From the NCBI GenBank assembly GCA_951406725.2, contig OX597818.1, positions 70,060,001-70,124,000 on the forward strand: a stretch of 64,000 nt of DNA. The letters are read 5' to 3'. The DNA is from Octopus vulgaris. Taxonomy: Eukaryota. The position numbers and the translations under genes were made by a program. The notes beneath the pieces were generated by a model. The model was given only the letters and a program-made list of their open reading frames with translations, had not been told where the DNA came from and did no database searches. This document shows positions 10,541-23,744 of this stretch, piece by piece. The first letter of the stretch is position 1, and the number at the start of each line of letters is the position of its first letter.

Positions 10541-13500
10541 ATCATCATCATCATCATCGTTTTACGTCCGTTTTCCATGCTAGCATGGGTTGGACGATTC
10601 GACTGGGGTCTGGGAAGCCAGAAGGCTGCGCCAGGCCCAATCTGATCTGACAGTGTTTCTACAGCTGGATGCCCTTCCTAACGCCAACCACTCCGTGAGT
10701 GTAGTGGGTGCTCTTTACGTGCCACCTGCACAGGTGCCAGACGAGGCTGGCAATGGCCACAATCAGATGGTGCTTTTTTTACGTGCCACTGGCACGGAGG
10801 CCAGTTGGGGTGGTGCGGGCAACGGCCACGTTCGGATGGCTCTCTTACGTGCCACCAGCACTGGTATCACAGCTACAATTTCCATTGATGTTGATCGATT
10901 TTGATTTTGATTTTGATTTTTGATTTTTGATTTTTGATTTTTGATTTTCACTTGCCTCAACAGTTCTTCACAAGTAGGGTTTGTGTCACAAGAAGGAAAG
11001 GTATGCATAAGTGGGCTGGCTACGTCCCAGGTAGAGGCCATGGGTTATAGTCTCACTTGTCCTGCCAGGTTTCCCACGCACAGCATACTTCCAAAGGTCT
11101 CGGTCTCTGGTCATTTCCTCGGTGAGACCTAAAGTTCGAAGGTCATGCTTCACCACCTCGTCCCAGGTTTTCCTGGGTCTACCTCTTCCACAGGTTCCCT
11201 CAACTGCTAGGGTATGGCACTTTTTCACACAACTATCTTCATCCATTCTCGCCACATGACCATACCAGCGCAAACGTCTCTCTTGCACACCACAACTGAT
11301 GCTTCTTAGGTCCAACTTTTCTCTCAAGGTACTTACACTCTGTCAAGTGTGAACACTGACATTACACATCCATCAGAGCATACTGGCTTCATTTCTTGTG
11401 AGCTTACGCATATCATCAGCAGTCACGGCCCACGTTTCACTGCCATGTAGCATGGCTGTTCGTACACATGCGTCATACAGTCTGCCTTTTATTCTGTGCG
11501 CAAGAGGCCTTTTGTCACCAGCAGAGGTAAGAGCTCTCTGAACTTTGCCCAAGCTATTCTTACTCTAGCAGTGACTTGGTCACCTAGGTAATGGAAGCTA
11601 TTGACTACTTCTAGTTTTTCTCCCTGGAATGTGGCGGAAGTTGGTCTTTGAGCATTTTCAGTGTTTATTGCTCCTGAGTATCTGCCACATACAAAAACTA
11701 TCTTCACAGTTAGCCTTCCTTTGACATTGCTGCACCTCTTATGTGTCCATAGCTTGCACTTGGTGCATCTTATAGAGTTTCTACCTACGCCTTTTCTACA
11801 GATCGAGCAGGGCCATCTACCTGAAGGCGTTTGTGATTTGCCTGCCTTCCTACATATTAATAATTTAGTTTTAGCTAGGTTGATTTTAAGGCCATTCGAT
11901 TCTAATCCTTGTCTCCACACTTGAAACTTTGCCTCTAGTTCTGATAGTGACTCAGCAATTAGAGCAAGGTCATCAGCATAGAGGAACTCCCAGGGGCATC
12001 CTGTCTTGAATTCCTCCGTTATTGCCTGGAGGACTATGATAAATTGGAGGGGACTGAGGACTGAACCTTGGTGGACCCCTACCTCTACCCGAAATTCTTT
12101 AGTGTACTCATTGCCAACCCTCACCTTACTTACAGCGTCTCTGTACATGGCTTGCACAGCTCTCACTAACCATTCATTTATTCCTCATTGACCAACAGAT
12201 AAGGGATCGGGGGACCCTGTCGAAGGCCTTCTCCATGTCAACGAAAGCCAGGTACAGAGGCTTATCTTTGGCTAGATATTTCTCCTGCAGCTGTCTCACT
12301 AGAAATATGGCATCAGTGGTGCTCTTCCCTGGCACAAAACCAAACTGCATCTCATCCAAGCTGACTCCCTAATTAGTTGGGCTATGACCCTCTCCGTAAC
12401 CTTCATTACCTGATCCAACAGCTTGATACCTCTGTAATTATTTGTATCTAAAGCGTCACCTTTACCTTTGTAGCAGTTGACTATTATGCTGCTACACCAG
12501 TCATTGGGTATGACTCCTTCATGTATCACCTGGTTAACTATACAGGTGACTAGGCTATAGCCAACACTACCAGATATTTTAAGCATCTCTGCAGTAATTC
12601 CTGATAGGCCTAGGGCTTTCCCTGTCTTCATGCTTCTAATTGCCTTAACTACCAAAGAACTGTCAACTCGGATAGCTGGTCCCTCTGTTGGGTCATCATT
12701 CGGTAGACTCTCTTTATCCCATTCATTTTCTTTATTCAGCAACCTTTCATAGTGGCGTCTCCAAACCTCTCTCTTTGCATCCTCATTCAGCGCAAGTGAG
12801 CCATCATCCATGCAGACACATTTCTCTCCTACCACATCATGATTCTCTCTCACACACTGTCTTGCAACACAGAATACCTCAAGTCTTTGGTCCTCACAGC
12901 ACAGAACATTGGCAAATTTTTTCTTATCTGTTTCCCTTCTGGTTAAATAAACCTGTCTCCTAGCTTCTCTTTTGGTAGTCTGATACAATTCCCTGCTACC
13001 ACCGTTTTTCCAGTCCTTCCAAGCCTGTCTCTTTTCTCTAATAGCCCTGTCTACAACATTGTTCCACTACCACATTATTTTGGGTCAAGAGGGGACTTTG
13101 CACCATCCACAGATCTGGTCAGTGGCTCTCAGCAGGTTGTCCCTTAGAGACCTCTAGTTGTCTTCTACTCCATGTGAAGCTATATCCCCTTCTACTTCAT
13201 CAAAGGCTTCAAGTAATATGTCCCTAAGTCTCTGTCCATTTGCAGGATCTTTAAGCTTCCAGATCCTTCTTCTCCATGTTGGTCGTCTTCTGGTCGTCCT
13301 CTTAGTCCTGATCCTAAAGTCACTAACTACCAGTCTATGTTGTGGGGTACATTCTTCGCCTGGAAAGGTTTTAGCATTTATAAGGAGCCATCTTTCCCTT
13401 TTCCTGGCAAGGATGTAGTCAATTTGGCTAGTATGTTGGCCCGATCGGTAGGTGACTAGGTGGCTGGTAGGTTTCCTGAATTTAGTGTTGCAAACCATAA

Positions 13501-13652
13501 GATCATTTGCATCGCAGAACTCCAGCAGCCTGGTTCCCTCCTCATTGCGGGAACCATAACCATAGCCTCCATGTACACCATGGAATCCCCCAGCATGTCG
13601 TCCAACATGACCATTGAAGTCACCAGCCGCAAAGAGAAGGTCTCTGTCATTG
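10541..13652 (-). mobile_element. RTE-clade LINE, 5'-truncated in the AP-endonuclease domain, with (GAT)n tail
   Basis: APE motifs GDFNGHVG, NEEGTRLLEFC and SQIDYIL; RT motifs NYRGIKLL, QFGF.PGKSTTDAIF, FVDMEKAFDRV, GVHQGSVLSP and YADD; C-terminal RLRWYGHV and GRGRPRKTW; ~500-bp 3' UTR. Confidence 0.97.
11053..13650 (-). pseudogene. Frameshifted APE-RT ORF of the RTE element, with a PHD-type Cys/His insertion
   Basis: ORF-track pieces 13154-13498, 12299-12988, 12174-12359, 11489-12166 and 10986-11327 are consecutive parts of one protein broken by frameshifts and stops. Confidence 0.93.
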
Positions 13653-13799
13653 TATAATATATATATGATGTATTCATAAATATAGATATACAGACATATA
13701 ATGAATGATAGAGATATATATTAAACATATATATAAGATATATATATATATATATGTGTTTGTGTGTGCATATATATTTGAAAAATGAAAAGCTTGATT

Positions 13800-15125
13800 T
13801 CATTGATAGTTCTGATCAATTTAATTTTCTGATAATATATAATTTTCCGGTTTAGTTTGTAGACCTACTAAGGTCTTTGTTAATATCGGAGGGGAGAATT
13901 TTTTAAAGATTCCTTGTTAACTTTTCTGGAGAACATTCTTGCATTTGCCAGTGGCAGTTGCCAAACTAATCTGAGATTGTGTTGTGCTGTGTGATTCTAT
14001 ATATAAGAGATTTGGGTATGTTTGGGGTGGGTTTAGTGTTTGTTAATAAGTGTGGGAGTAAAAGAGTGTTGATGAACAAGAGCTGAAAGAACATAGTGAA
14101 TGGTAAAAAGGACTGAGGGTAGAGTTGGGAGGTGGTAGAGTGTCTAAGGAGTGTTTTATGAAGGGCTTTTGAAAGTGCCCTCTGCTGGTTCCATTTAGGT
14201 AGTTGACATTTGGAGAAAAATATAATGGTCATTTTTTTTTCAAATTCTCTTATGACTGAATCAACTATCTTAATTTCATAAAGTGAAACTTTGGTAATTT
14301 TCTATGATAGAGATGAGATTAGGTGTGTCGGTGGGGGAGATCATGCTAGCTCACATATTTACTTCCCTACATATAAACAAAAGTATATATATATAACAGA
14401 TAAACTTATTTGGAAATGGATGCGTGGCGTTCAATCATATAATATAAATAAAGTATATATACACACGCACATATGCATACATACACACATAAATACATAT
14501 ATACACACATACCGATATATACATACACAAACATATATATGCACACACATACACACACACACTCACATATTTTCTAGTTCATACGAACCCATATCTTTGC
14601 ACATACATTCACACCTCCATATTTATATACGCCTACATACACATGCATACGTACACACACACACACATATATGTACACATATCTAAACTACTCAAGTATT
14701 TAAGTTTATATGTACTTATTGGTGGGGAGGGGGATTAGTGAAATGGTTGAGTATCTCTGAGGGTTGTTCTTTTCTTCAATGATTGAATGATTGAAAGTGT
14801 CATCCACTTCTATTTCGGTAAAAAAGGAGGAATCCCGTTATTGGGATATCAGTTTTTGTGTTCAGGAGCGGTTTTTACTTTCTAATGAAAAATTCTTTAT
14901 ATTTCTGAAAATGTTCATTGTCTGACCATAACTTAAAGAAGTGGGAGACTGTGAATTTCCCTTTCTGCATGATGCGATGCATTCACGGCAAGTGGTGTTT
15001 CTGACAGAGGGGTCTTTAATTTGCCGTTTCTTTGTCTTGTAGTCCCATTCCAGTTTCACCAATGCAGTATTCTTTACATTGTAGGCAAGTTACACAGTAG
15101 ATTAAGTTTTGTTGTTTTGCAACAT
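13800..15125 (-). mobile_element. Penelope-like element remnants (GIY-YIG endonuclease at ~14860-15125; decayed ORF pieces at ~13800-14260)
   Basis: Minus strand reads NLIYCVTCLQCKEYCIGETG, then QIKDPSVRNTTC and KEFFIRK*KPLLN. Near 14000-14040, TKPTPNIPKSLIYRI resembles the PLE RT thumb. Confidence 0.75.
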
Positions 15126-15583
15126 ATGTATATATGTAAATGTATTTTCTTTGAGTGTATGTATAAACGTATATAGTATCTGTCTGTGCATATTCTAATA
15201 GTATAGAGGCCTATTCCTATCTCACTGAATGCAAATATATGATAAATTAAATATACCCCCATCAAGGGCAAATCCTAGGAAAATCAGTGATCAGTGATAA
15301 CTTAGATTCTTCACTTTGAAGAATAGCTGTTTGTGTGTGTGTGTGTGAGTGTGTGTGCATGCATGCGCAATCTAAAACCATTCTAATATAACTATGAGCT
15401 TACACTGTGATATATTGCCCCAGTATCAGATGAAAGTAATATTTCAATAATGTTCACAATTAGTATAAATATTATTACATTACAACCCTATATCTCCAAA
15501 CGTACACAAACACCCTTATAAGTGTGTGTGTGTGAGTGTCTGTATGTATAGGATACTGACAGAATAACATATATAGATATATT

Positions 15584-15619
<36 letters not shown>

Positions 15620-16213
15620 ATGATGGCTGTGTGTATATATGTGTGTGGGGAAGGGATGTGTATCTGCATATGTGAGACATGACTGTATATATTTATTTAA
15701 CCATTCCTTTCCACTGCCTGCAATATCTCTAGCTGACTAGTTCCTATATATTTATAGGATATTAGCTGTATATATCACAATGGCATAATTTCCTTCAATT
15801 CTTTTGTGTTTCAATGACAATATTTTTTTTTTTTTGCCATTTCTGCAATTGTGAAGCACACCTAATATGAAATATTTCTTTTTTGTTCGAATTATTTTCA
15901 TGATTATTTTTTCAAAATACAGAATTGAATGTGTTGTTAGTTTTTAACTGCTTTCATGCTTAATTCATCTACTTCACCGAGAAAGTCATTATACACGCAT
16001 ACAATTATACCAATTATACATACATATATATATGTGTATATATATATATATATATAATGTATATATATATATATATATATATGTATAATCACATTAATAC
16101 ACATATATGTATATGCACGTATACACACACATATATTTATATGTGTGTATACATACACACTCCACACATGCATTAACACACACACACACACACATAAAAA
16201 TGTAAGTGTATTA

Positions 16214-16251
<38 letters not shown>

Positions 16252-16491
16252 TTTAGTTATCTCTACAGCAACTTAACTAACTCAAAATTTGAGACTCTCA
16301 TGGCAGCACATGAATCTCTCAGATTTTGATTCTCTTCTGTAACTTTCTTCATAGCTTAATAACAAGGATATCGTCATCATCATAATCGTCTCTTAACATC
16401 TGTTTTGCATGCTGTCATACACAATGTCAGCTTAATATACACTTACATTTACATCTGTATGTATTGAACACTCCTCTTCCATTTGTCTACC

Positions 16492-16522
<31 letters not shown>

Positions 16523-16639
16523 TCTTCGTATGAGTATGTGTGTGTGTGTGTGTGTGCATGTATTTGTATGTGATCATATGAGTACATGTGTAATATAGAA
16601 GAGAAAAAAGAGCTGTAAATCCCCTGCAGGCACCAAATG

Positions 16640-17391
16640 CCCTGCCTGCTTTAAACTGTTAAGCCAAGTTATAGCGGATGTAGTAAACATCATTAGTGAT
16701 GATAGCAGTTATAAAAATGAGTAATTCTGACAAAAAGAATCCAGGGGAGATAACTTGAGTATTTTTTATGAATTTGAACTTAATTGAAATTAAGTGAAGC
16801 AGTGAGTAAGTTTGATTGTTTTGAGTTCCTTGGGGAAGTATTGTCTAATGAATAATTAGTTCTTAGAATAACCTGACGTATATATAATTATTGTGAGGAG
16901 ATGCAGAGTGGAGCTGTAGTTTTAGAAAATGACTGGAGGATAATACTCCAGGTGCTTATTGCATGAAAAATGTAATTTTAAAATTCTGGCATACTTCTGT
17001 AGAGAGTCAAGAGTCAGGATTAAACTCTTTCTAATGACATAATCATTCTCTAAATAATTAGGCAAAAATGCAGAGGTAGGCAACAATATTTTTGGGGTGA
17101 AGCCCTATTTTAATTAATTTAGATGAAATAATGGTTCTTATATAGTTAATTAGTGGGGACCAATATAATTAAGGAGGTAAAAATAACTTCTGATTAATTG
17201 AAATTACAGCAGTAATGAGAAGAAAAGATATTGTTAATGAGAATTATTGTTAAGAGCTGTAAGGGAACGAACATTGTAATTTAAATTAGATCAAAACTGA
17301 ACTGAAAATATGCACCGAAGTAGAATGTTTGATATTTGTTTCAGGAACAACTTCAGACATGTTTCCCTATCATTAGACTTCCTCAGTCTAA
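16640..17391 (-). mobile_element. Probable Penelope-like 5' region: HHR-like motif (17351-17391) upstream of a decayed ORF start
   Basis: Minus strand reads ttaga-CTGAGGA-a-gtcta-atga-tagg-GAAA-catg-TC-tga, with palindromic stem III ACAUGU. Downstream near 17100 is GFTPK, resembling PLE N-terminal PKGF motifs. Confidence 0.45.
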
Positions 17392-18290
17392 CATAGTCTA
17401 ACATACAACTAGCAGATTTATGTAAGAGTATGTGTGTCTGTGAATATGTGTATGAGAGTGTCTCTCACCACATAAAAACATGTGTAGGTCTCTTTACATC
17501 TCCAAAACTTAGCACTACTGCAATTAGAGATTGAATAAGTTCAGACTTTAAAACATAAATACAAGTGTCAATTTGACTAATTAAACCCTTAAAGTTGGTC
17601 GCCCCATATGGCCATTGAGTCCAATATGGTAGCCCCATATGGCCAATAGTTAAAAGAAGACTTATACATGACCAAGAATGCTCAATCCACTCTAGAGACA
17701 CTGATTAAGGAAAAATTCCTTCATCTTGGTCACAAACTGCTTATATACACACAGGTGTGTGAGAACTTAAAATTCCACTACCTATCACCTACATCCATGT
17801 ATGTAGGCTTCAAGGGAAATATGTATGTGACCTTTCACTTGGATCTTAAAAATTTATCAGCAGTAACTTGAATATTCCTTTCAAAACATATCCATATTCC
17901 CTCTAACTGATAAAATAAATGAGTCAAATTTCTTTCTTTTGCTGCTAAAGAGGATAATAGACATATTTAGAGATCTGGGTTTTTATCTGCCTATCAACAG
18001 ATGTTGGAAAACCCTCACTGGGATAAATTACTGTTTTCTTCTGATGATCTGGTGTTATAGGGCAATTATGCAACTGTCTTTGTAAATATTATTAGTGTAC
18101 ACGAGTAAAACATGTGTAAATCATCGTCGTTCATCGTCATCATTTAATATCCGCTTTCCATGCTGGCATGGGTTGGAAAGATTATGTAATCTATTACGTA
18201 ACAATAAAAAACAATTTGCAAATTTCAAGTTTTTCTCTGATCTTGAATGTGTGTGTGTATGCATGTAGACTGACAGACAGACAGACAGAC

Positions 18291-18354
<64 letters not shown>

Positions 18355-18488
18355 TAGCTATAGGATTCATTAGAATTTAGATACATCAATCTGTAAGATG
18401 CGTCTGAAGATGGTGAATTATATGCTATGATGTAATCTACGAATACATCAATAAAAAGCTGTCATTAATTTTCAACCACATTTGCATT

Positions 18489-18530
<42 letters not shown>

Positions 18531-18728
18531 CATACATACATACAAAAGTACACACACACACAGAAATACACATATACATTTGAAATTATCTACGAGTTAA
18601 AATTTCATTTTACTGATCTTATTTTGTGAATTATCTCCTTTGAGGAAAGTCAAAGCAAACATATATACGTGCATACTTAAATACATACACACGAATATAT
18701 GTATATTTGTATATAGACAGACAGACTG

Positions 18729-18763
<35 letters not shown>

Positions 18764-19739
18764 TAAGTTTGTGCAGTTAGATGTGGTTTACAGCAATGAG
18801 AAAATAAAATAATAATACAACAAAATGACAAGATCACAAAATAATAAACCAGACAATGAATGCTGATAGTTTATATATAAAGAGAGAAAGAAAGAGACAG
18901 ACAGACAGACAGAGACACACTCATACATAAAAAATACATATATATATATACATAAGCACTAATTAAGTTCTATTAAATTTTTCTATAATTTTGTTTTCCA
19001 TGACTTGTACAATGTGAGTTCACCAAGATCAGTTTGGCATCAAAATTTCACAAGCAAAAACTTGTTTATGAATTTATTTGTTTATTTATTTATTGTCTCT
19101 CTTTTCTCTGAATGGTTTTGTCACACAGAACAATCTAAGAAATATTATTAGTTCTGTGTTTGTGTAATCAAACATTATTCTCAATTCCATCCGTCCCCAA
19201 CCCATTGCCAAACATTAATAGCTGCATACATGGCCTGGTGGTTAAGAAACTCACTTCCCAGCCACGTTGTTTCTGGTTCAGTTCCACTTCATAGCACCTT
19301 GGGTAAGTGTCTTCTGCTGTAGTTGGGCTCAACCAAAGCCTTGTGAGTAAATTTGGTAGAGGGGAACTATATATATATGTGCATGTGTGTGGGTGTGTGT
19401 GTATATACACACGTGTTTCTGTCTGTATGATTGTTAACATATTCTCCAATATCCATGAACTACAAGCAGTGACACAGCTGTCCTTTCTCTTCATAGGCCG
19501 GTGCCTATGAAGACATATGAAATTAGAGGTCCATTGCTTGATTAAAAAAAGGGGAGGACATCCAACTATAAAACATAAGCACAGTAATACATTTCTTTAA
19601 TTCGTGCTTGAATGGAAAACTGAAGTAAGAATAAATAAATAAAAGAAAAATTACCTGAAAAAAAATCAAAAATTAAACAACCTTACTATAAGTACCTTTA
19701 TAAGTACCAGGTCCAGGGTCTGTGGCACAGCATGGCACC

Positions 19740-19995
19740 TTCAGTAAGAACTTTTTTCTCCAGCAATCAAAGGAAAAGGAAGGAATTGTGACATATCAGA
19801 ACCTAATCAGACAGATGAAGAGGATGTGAAATACAAAGGTGACAAATTTCCCTGTGCAAATTGGCGCATTTGGCACAGCACACAAACTGTGACGGAACTG
19901 GCTGAAAAGCATTGGAATTCAGCAATACATATTCTAAATTTTGAACAATACAGAGAAAACTATTATTATTGAGAAAATCATCATCATCATCATCA

Positions 19996-20029
<34 letters not shown>

Positions 20030-20330
20030 CATTATTATTATTATTATTACATGCTGCTTTAGTAAATAGGGACATTATCCTGATGTCTAATAAGTCTCTT
20101 CAAATCTCAAGAATCGTTCTCAGGGTTCTTACAGAATACAGGATGACACTTTGTTGCTGGTTGACAACACATATCTCTGTTCCAATGTCTTTTGGTCTGT
20201 TCAGTCACAGTTTGCGTGTTCTGCCAAGTACACCAATTAGCACTGGAACTGTTGTCACATTTATATCCCACAATCTCTTCTTCTGCCTGGTTAGGTCCTG
20301 ATATGTCACAATTTCCTCACTTTCCTTTGT
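19740..20330. mobile_element. Two opposed Dong/R4-like 3' fragments flanking a (CAT)n(ATT)n array
   Basis: Plus 19810-19960 encodes KVTNFPVQIGAFGT..WLKSIGI. Minus 20100-20330 encodes VTTVPVLIGVLGR...LQQQSVILYSVRTLRTILEI. Confidence 0.65.
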
Positions 20331-20399
20331 ATCCCCTTCACTATCAAATGGGTTTGCAATTGGCTGTTGTTTCCATTGTTTCTACCCTTGTGCCTGTGG

Positions 20400-21650
20400 A
20401 AGAAAAAGGTTGTTGTTGTGTTCTGGGCATGTTCAGAGAGAACTGGATTATTACCAAGCTATACATGATGAAATGTTTTCCTTTTTTAATTATTTTCCAA
20501 GCAGATGACTTTGAAATGTTGGAACACCTAGCCAAGTACCTGGGGTAGACAAAATATCTGTCTCTTGGACATTTTTTACTGAAATCTTCTTTGTTTACTT
20601 TATTCAAGATGGCTTTTAGTATGTGAGAGGCAGGATGAGGTATTAGAATGAATGAAAGTAGCATCAGATACACTGCCACCTCACTAAAGGAAATGTTGGA
20701 ATATCTTTTATATAAATGAAAACGAATTTTGCAAAGAATAAACAGAAGTGAAAAAAAAATAACAATAAAAGATGAAAACAAAACAAACAGATATACTTGC
20801 AAATACAAACAGTCATAATTTGATAAAAGGAAATACGAATTTGTTATGACATAAACATGACAGATAACGATGACAACAACAACAGCTCAAATTTGTATAT
20901 GAGTATGAGTACTAAAAGCAAATCATTTGCCAGCATTACAAGTCAAAGGGAGGATTTAGACATGGATAGATTCCAGTCATAGAAAGATGTATGGCAGCAG
21001 CAGCAGCAGCAGTATGTCACCAAAGAGTTGACCTCTTTCCTGGGGGAATTTATGCAACATTGGACAAAAAAGATGGGAACATAACTTTGCTTTATAAGAG
21101 TTGTTGGGGAGGAGCAAGGCATTTCATACCCATCAAAGAAACAGTTAAAGATGCTTTATATGATTGATAGATTAAGAAGTAGTGTGGATTTAGGGTTCAA
21201 ATCTGAGGATAAATGCAATAAAAACCAGGTTTAAATGGTGTGCCATATGTTTGGCTAATGTGGTTGATGTCACATCACAAGGAATAACATAACATTAGGG
21301 ACACAGCAAATGCCATTGGCATCAACACTGGTTCATCGTCACTTTGTACCTCAGTAAGGGCAGATGATGAACCCCAAGGTAAATGGAATGATAAATATGG
21401 TTAAGAGGATTCTGCAAGGATATAATGTCTCTCAATACAAAGCAATCCCAAAAGTTTATTCCATGGTGGATTTAGAGGGAAAGGCAATGAGGTTGGGGGT
21501 GTGTGACAGAAACCCTGGCTGTTAAACACATAGTAATAAGGGCCACTTGAAAGCTTTCTGCCTAGAAAAGGTAAGAAAATAGAAAAAGAAAGAATAAAGC
21601 AGCAATGGCTAACAAAAGAGGCTGCAGCAGCAACACCATCACCATATTGC
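20400..21650 (+). mobile_element. Decayed ORF1 (gag-like, zinc knuckle) fragments of a Tx1/L1-like LINE
   Basis: Near 21500-21570 reads VCDRNPGC*THSNKGHLKAFC, a decayed C-x2-C-x4-H-x4-C knuckle. Other pieces are DFEMLEHLAKYLG*TKYLSLG and DLFPGGIYATL. Confidence 0.5.
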
Positions 21651-21837
21651 AAAAGATGTTGTTTATAGCAATCACTCCACAAGTTACACCCTGAGGATCA
21701 CAAAAGAAATCCTTTGATTGTTAGAGCTAGAAGTCAATGACCAACGCTTCTCACTATCATACAATAAACAGACCTTCACATTGCTGTGTAATAATGAAAC
21801 AGGGTATGAAGATTATTATTATTATTATTATTATTGT

Positions 21838-22960
21838 AGAAGGTAGCAATCTGGATGAAGTGCTGAGAGGTATTTTGCCTGTTGCTCTGTTCTGACTTCA
21901 AATTCTGCTGAGGTCAACTTTGCGTTTCATCCCTTTGTGATCAATAAAATGAGTACCAGTGAAACACTGGGGTCGACTAGTCCCTTCCTCCAAAATTTCA
22001 GGCTTCGTGCCTTTAGTAGAAAGGATTATTATTATTATTATTGTTGTTAAGGCCGAAAGCTGGCAGGACTGTTAGCTTCATGGCATTCTATCAACCCTTA
22101 CCTTCTCAGTTCAAATGTTGCCATGGTCGACTTAGCTCTTCATTATTTTGGAGTCAATAAAATAGGCATCAGTCAAGCACTGAGGTCAATATGACCAACT
22201 GTCTGCCTCCCTGCAAATTCAGGCCTTGTGACGATAGTAGAAAAGGTTATTATCATTATTATTTTTATTATTATTCATTCTTGACACAGTGTAGGTAAAA
22301 ATGCACTGGAGTCTTTAGTCATCTCTCAAGTCACAACAAGGACCTCAGACAGATAATACTTTCTTAAGATGTGCGCTGTACCCACATTTCTTCTGAACTT
22401 ATGTTCTGAGTTCGAACACTGTTGAGGTTGATTTTGCCTTTCGTTCTTTCAGAGTCAAGAAAATAAGTATTAGTTGAACCCTGAAGTCGATGTAATCGAC
22501 TTAACTTCCTCCCCCAAACTTGCTGGCCTTGTGCCAAAATGTGAAACCATTATTATTTGAACACAGAACTCACCTGCCACTGCATTCTGTGTTCAAATTC
22601 TGCTGAGGTTGCTTTAGTCTTTCATCCTTTTGGGGCTGGATTAAATAAGTACCAGTTATGCACTGGGCTTGATGTTATCAACTTACCCCCTTCCCACAAA
22701 TTTCAGGCCTCGTGCCTGTAATGGAAAGGATTATTATAATTATTGTTATGATTATTATTATTAAGGTGGCACGATGGCAGAATCGTTAGCATGCCAGACA
22801 AAATGCTTAGCGGCATTTCACTCATCCCTATGTTCTGAGTTCAAATTCCAACGAGGTCAGCTTTGCTTTTCATCCTCTTGAGGTCAATGAAATAAGTACC
22901 AGTTATGCACTGGGGGTCAATGTAATTGACTGGCCCCCTTCCTCAAAATTTCAGGCCTTG
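21838..22960 (+). mobile_element. Head-to-tail cluster of at least 5 copies of one tRNA-derived SINE, separated by (ATT)n
   Basis: Each copy has gttctgagttcaaattc..gaggtc.actttgc.tttcatcc...aaataagtaccagtt...ctgggg...caaatttcaggcct. Starts are ~21838, 22050, 22395, 22580 and 22763; more copies at ~24120 and ~24402. Confidence 0.85.
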
Positions 22961-23648
22961 TGCAGTTATGCCCAACAGCTGCAGTTGTATGTGGGACACA
23001 TCCATCTGTCATCCAAGTCCATAGTGATGATTGCCCTGTTGTCCTCCTTTAATTGGGCAGGCAAGGTAGTCTTCCTTTGCCTGGTTGCATGTGGTGAGAG
23101 AAAGGTTGTCAGGTGGTCAAGGCTGAAAGGAATGAGTAAAGAGACTTCCCTCTTTGGTAAAGCTCTCTTCAACTTGAAAAAGAATCTAAGGTGGAGAGGG
23201 AAGTGCTGTCTGTGAGTGAAAGTTGCAAAAATGGCAAAAGTGGATGGTAAGTCAGGGGATGGGAGTTGGAAAGGGCACTTATCCTTGATATTCAGAATGT
23301 TTTTGGATGGTGGGGTTCCTCGTTTATCCCTAGAGGTCCTCCTGATATAGGAGAACCCCATCACTATTCCCATTTTTTTTTTTTTAGTGTCATATACTAT
23401 GTACACTTGCCTTCTTTTAATGTATACTGAGCCTACTTTTTTATTTTTATCATTCCATTATATGTAAATCCCCCACATTTTATGAGTAAAGATTATTTGC
23501 CGACATAACATGGCAGTCCTGGTTTAGGACAAATGTTGTTGTAATTTAGCCCCAGGAGAAATCGTCTCCAGCTGGTTATACGACACGATCTGTGTCTTTA
23601 TATTTTCGAATAAGGGAATCTAGCAACCCCACTCAGCTCAAAACAATA

Positions 23649-23690
23649 TCTGTGTATCGTGATTTCCGGGTTATTTCTCTTCATCAGCTG
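23649..23690 (-). ncRNA. Hammerhead ribozyme motif with intact core; 5' strand of stem I lost at the inversion
   Basis: Minus strand reads cag-CTGATGA-agag-aaataa-cccg-GAAA-tcacga-TA-cacaga. Confidence 0.7.
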
Positions 23691-23699
23691 AACAGTTAT

Positions 23700-23744
23700 T
23701 CTGTGCTTATGAAGGGAAATAACCCCAAAATCACGATACACAGA
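23700..23744 (+). ncRNA. Hammerhead ribozyme motif with intact stem I; core mutated
   Basis: tctgtg-CTtATGA-aggg-aaataa-cccc-aAAA-tcacga-TA-cacaga. Stem I tctgtg/cacaga is a perfect 6 bp. Confidence 0.7.

Noticed and set aside
245-22960. CRISPR-like appearance of the 245-410 repeats and the 21.8-23.0 kb array
   Set aside because: Eukaryotic context, no constant repeat with unique spacers and no cas genes; these are a LINE UTR repeat and SINE copies.
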